NCBI GenBank assembly: GCA_002898395.1
Contig: BEHE01000003.1
Location: 55,519-119,518 of the forward strand
From: Candidatus Calditenuaceae archaeon HR02
GTDB taxonomy: Archaea > Thermoproteota > Nitrososphaeria_A > Caldarchaeales > Calditenuaceae
Length of the DNA: 64,000 bases
Reading direction: 5' to 3'
Below, piece by piece: positions 61,270 through 64,000 of the stretch. Both the position numbers and the translations under genes were made by a program. A model generated the notes under the pieces. It searched no databases. It saw only the letters and a program-made list of their open reading frames with translations, and was not told the DNA's origin. Position 1 is the stretch's first letter, and each line of letters begins with the position of its first letter.

Positions 61270-61801
61270 GAAGGTCACTGTAGACTGCCATTATCAGGCG
61301 GACCAGCCTCCTCGTCAACTTATCCAAAGCTGCAACCTCGGCTCTGCATTTTGCTTTAGCCTCTGTCAATCTCTGCTGGGCATTTGGAGTACGACGGGTG
61401 GTACCTGGCTTGAGTATAGGGTTTACGGGAACCCTGAAAAATCTGCATACTTCGTAGAGGCTGGAGGCACTTACGCCCAAGCGGCTTGAAACCAGGCTGT
61501 AGAGGTCTATGTGCCTCGCGGCGAATAGTGGTGAAGGGTCTATCCCGTAAACCAGCATCTTGGCGGTGAGGAATGACATGCTCTTGACCTCACCCTCCCA
61601 GCTAATGTAAATGTGGCTCCTCCTTAACACCTGCTCAAGGGAGGCTAGGGCTACCTTCTCTCCCGCTAGATTCTTAATAACTCTAATCCTCTCTTTCTCG
61701 CCTAAGAGTTCTTTATATCCGATGCATAGAAGCCGGCCTTTGTCGGGGTGTGGGTCAGTCGTCTCAATTGCCAATATGAGGGTCGTCGGCCTCAGCTTCA
61801 T
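61256..61801 (-). CDS. YprB/DnaQ-like RNase H-fold exonuclease homolog, probably inactive
   Basis: LAIETT (DIET motif with D>A), LLCIG, HIDLY, SLYEVCRFF. Confidence 0.65.
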   Translation of the reverse strand: MKLRPTTLILAIETTDPHPDKGRLLCIGYKELLGEKERIRVIKNLAGEKVALASLEQVLRRSHIYISWEGEVKSMSFLTAKMLVYGIDPSPLFAARHIDLYSLVSSRLGVSASSLYEVCRFFRVPVNPILKPGTTRRTPNAQQRLTEAKAKCRAEVAALDKLTRRLVRLIMAVYSDLPTLL

Positions 61802-61902
61802 CTCCCAAGCTTGTTGAATCCACGTTAAGATTTAATCTATGTTACTGTTCTCACTTTAACATATTGGAAACACAAAACTAAGAAAAATGGGGGAGGGGGT
61901 TA

Positions 61903-62059
61903 GCCGGCGGACAACCAGCCCATCAACATCTAGGAAACCCAAACGAGGCCGGTTGTTTATGTGTTTGACATGACTGGCGAAAATGCCAGTCCGTTTATGT
62001 TAAAGACATACCGGCCCCTTGGGTTTTATCCCTGTTGCTGGGCCGGTATGCCCGCCGGC
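61903..62059 (-). ncRNA. Candidate structured RNA (long hairpin) at the 3' end of the IS110-like gene
   Basis: Nested inverted repeats 61903-28/62033-59, 61947-53/62010-16 and 61972-78/61985-91; two outer-arm mismatches become G-U on the minus strand. Confidence 0.6.
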
Positions 62060-62870
62060 CTCTGGGTCGCCCCTCGAAACATTAGCCAGACTCCCATCAA
62101 CACATCCCCCTTCTCTCTTGCTCTCGACTTATATTTACTAATTACCGCTATCGTAAGTCTTACTAATGCTTTTCGCGCCTCACGGCCATACCTCTTACTA
62201 TTCGACCGTTCTCGATACAGCTTCAAGTATCCTCGAACCCTCCCGAATGACTTACTAAAGTCAACATATGTCAATAGCTCAGCTAGAGAGGCTCTAGCCA
62301 ATACATGGTTATCCCCTGTTATTCCGAGCTCTTCAGCAATTTCTTTGAAGATTGGGTATCTCTCCCCGGCCTCCTCTGAGATCATCTTCGCCAGTATCTC
62401 TTTCTCCGCCTCTGCCTGTCTTAACAGCCTCCTCAAACCCTCTTGTTCAGTCTGAGAAGCCGCCCTGAGCTGGTTTTCCAGCCTCCGCTTAATTCTATCC
62501 ATGCATCTGAAGACAGAAATCTTCCTCCTCATTATGAGGAAGCCTTCATCCACCCTTCTGAACCACTTATCCTCGATATGCATTAACACTTTCACATCAC
62601 CTCGCCCAGACTTTGGAATACCCAGTCTTCGCCGCATCTCCTCTATCAGTGTTAGGCGTCTGAGGCAGTATACCTCGACACCCCTCCTAAGAAGCCCAAT
62701 AAAACCATCCGTGTGGACTACTGGTATAACATCCACGAATAGCTGGTCTCTAGGGCCCGCCGGAATCTCCGTTGGAGAATTAACGTGTCTAAAGTTTCAC
62801 CATCCATTGTATAGGTTATCCTGTAGCCTGAGTCATCCTTTTTCCTGTGGACGTCACAGTAGAACCTCAT
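62026..62870 (-). mobile_element. Compact IS110-like recombinase/Tas-like gene with a frameshift near 62796
   Basis: Joined reading MRFYCDVH...QLFVD...PKSGRGDVKVL (RuvC/DEDD-like), coiled coil KRRLENQL, LGITG...LAELL..DF..F..V.GYL.L; about 281 aa. Confidence 0.7.
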
Positions 62871-62871
62871 T

Positions 62872-63620
62872 CTATACCACCTTCCTGAATGCTAGGACGT
62901 ATTCGTGCCATAGGTCGTGGCTGTGCCCCTTTACCGTATGGTATCTAGCTAGGCCGCTGTTGGATAGCTTGAACCTCAATGTCTCTACGTGTTTAAACCC
63001 GACAATCTCTGCCAGCTCTATTGTCAGGCCTACAAAGTCTCTCGATAGCCTGTGAAGCTTGTTGCTCCTAAAGTTCTTTAGGACTATTACTGCTAGGTCT
63101 CTATTATTGCTGGTTCTGCTTAGGCAGAGGTACATCGAGGCCAGTATCCCTAGCCACGCCGCCCTTAGGTGTCTCCCAATCATCAGTGCCAGATTCCCTC
63201 CACTGGTTATGACTAGTTTCTCAAGCCTTGGCCTGAACTCGCTGTTCACCAGCAGGCCGTATGGCGGTGAAGTTATTATGACCCTCCGCCTATCACCGTT
63301 GAGCCGTCCCCTAGGCCTTATAGCCCCATATAGACATGCCGCATTCATGCTGTAGGCGTCTAGTAGTGTGCTGTGGTTTGTCACGGCAATCATCTCTCCC
63401 AAGAGCTCTTCAACAATCTTGGCATACGTCGGCTCGACATCGTTGACTATTAGATGGTTGTTGTTTGTGAGTCTGCAGGCTATGGCGGGGATAAATCTAG
63501 GCCCCCAAAATGTGGGGAGTACCCCCCTACCCCGGCCATAGGGTCTATAACAACATCTCCAACCCCAACACATCTCCCCCAGAGATAGACAGCTAGATGC
63601 TAAACCCTAGCAGCTTTAGT
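62872..63620 (-). pseudogene. Amino-DNA methyltransferase pseudogene
   Basis: TSPPY motif IV in the ORF; motif I GDVVIDPMAGVG lies in another frame across a G6 run (63522-63527); TAG further upstream. Confidence 0.7.
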
Positions 63621-63670
63621 GGAAGACTTTTACTTGTAGATATGACGTTACTGCTGGCTTCAGGCTTAGG

Positions 63671-63985
63671 ATGCCTGTGAGCAAGAAGTATCTACTCCAG
63701 CCAGAGCTACTTGTCGGGGAGAAGCTCATACGTATCGATTTATGGATTGAGGAAGGGATACCTTGTATATCGTATAGGCCTGGGGAGAAGGCAAATAATC
63801 CACTACCAAACATCCACCCCAACTATAGGGCTGGTGATGGCTACTGCCCCAGATGCATGGTCAGCTGGGAGAGACCCATAGGTGATAAGTGCCTATACTG
63901 TGGAACAAAGCTCAGGAGGAGGTCAAGAAAGATAAATAACGGTGAGAAGAAATACATAAACCCAGAAATAGAGGATCTGGAATAG
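63671..63985 (+). CDS. Small Zn-ribbon protein
   Basis: YCPRC...KCLYCGTKLRR. Confidence 0.6.
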   Translation: MPVSKKYLLQPELLVGEKLIRIDLWIEEGIPCISYRPGEKANNPLPNIHPNYRAGDGYCPRCMVSWERPIGDKCLYCGTKLRRRSRKINNGEKKYINPEIEDLE

Positions 63986-64000
63986 TTAAGGCCTAAGACG

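Noticed and set aside
61961-62455. 164-aa plus-strand ORF
   Set aside because: Antisense to the IS110-like gene and starts inside the hairpin
62790-62800. Programmed -1 frameshift in the IS110-like gene
   Set aside because: No slippery heptamer; a second lesion (KSG) and the neighbouring pseudogene favour decay or sequencing error
1-64000. CRISPR or TIGR array, tRNA and rRNA genes
   Set aside because: No tandem repeat-spacer array and no tRNA or rRNA signature seen by eye; the hairpin at 61.9 kb is a single unit

Overview
This is an archaeal chromosomal window, mostly housekeeping genes. Archaeal origin is shown by RFC, Cdc6, Top6A, GINS, eL42/eS27/eL37, Sm and a 7S SRP RNA; a thermophilic TACK lineage such as Aigarchaeota/Caldarchaeales is an inference. 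It holds replication genes, a peptide ABC transporter, amt-glnK, an intein-containing sufB, a leuA-ilvB-ACT-ACT-ilvC operon, an MNT-HEPN pair, a pst operon, aconitase, pdxS and a GT4 cluster, and it ends in a decaying mobile-like region from about 61.86 kb. Two signals stand out. (1) An unannotated 42-codon leader ORF carrying VVVI and ILLLL runs, with mutually exclusive SD/anti-SD pairings, lies directly upstream of the branched-chain amino acid operon; it is a candidate archaeal leader-peptide attenuator. (2) A compact, frameshifted IS110/Tas-like gene is followed by a 157-nt hairpin with two near-identical 18-nt segments, one of which matches the adjacent flank; it is a candidate RNA-guided system. 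Other observations are an acidic eL33-like paralog, a single-domain GT4 pseudoenzyme, two clean operator palindromes, a branched SRP helix 6, and several genes broken by single-base lesions. All family assignments come from reading motifs by eye; no database search was run.
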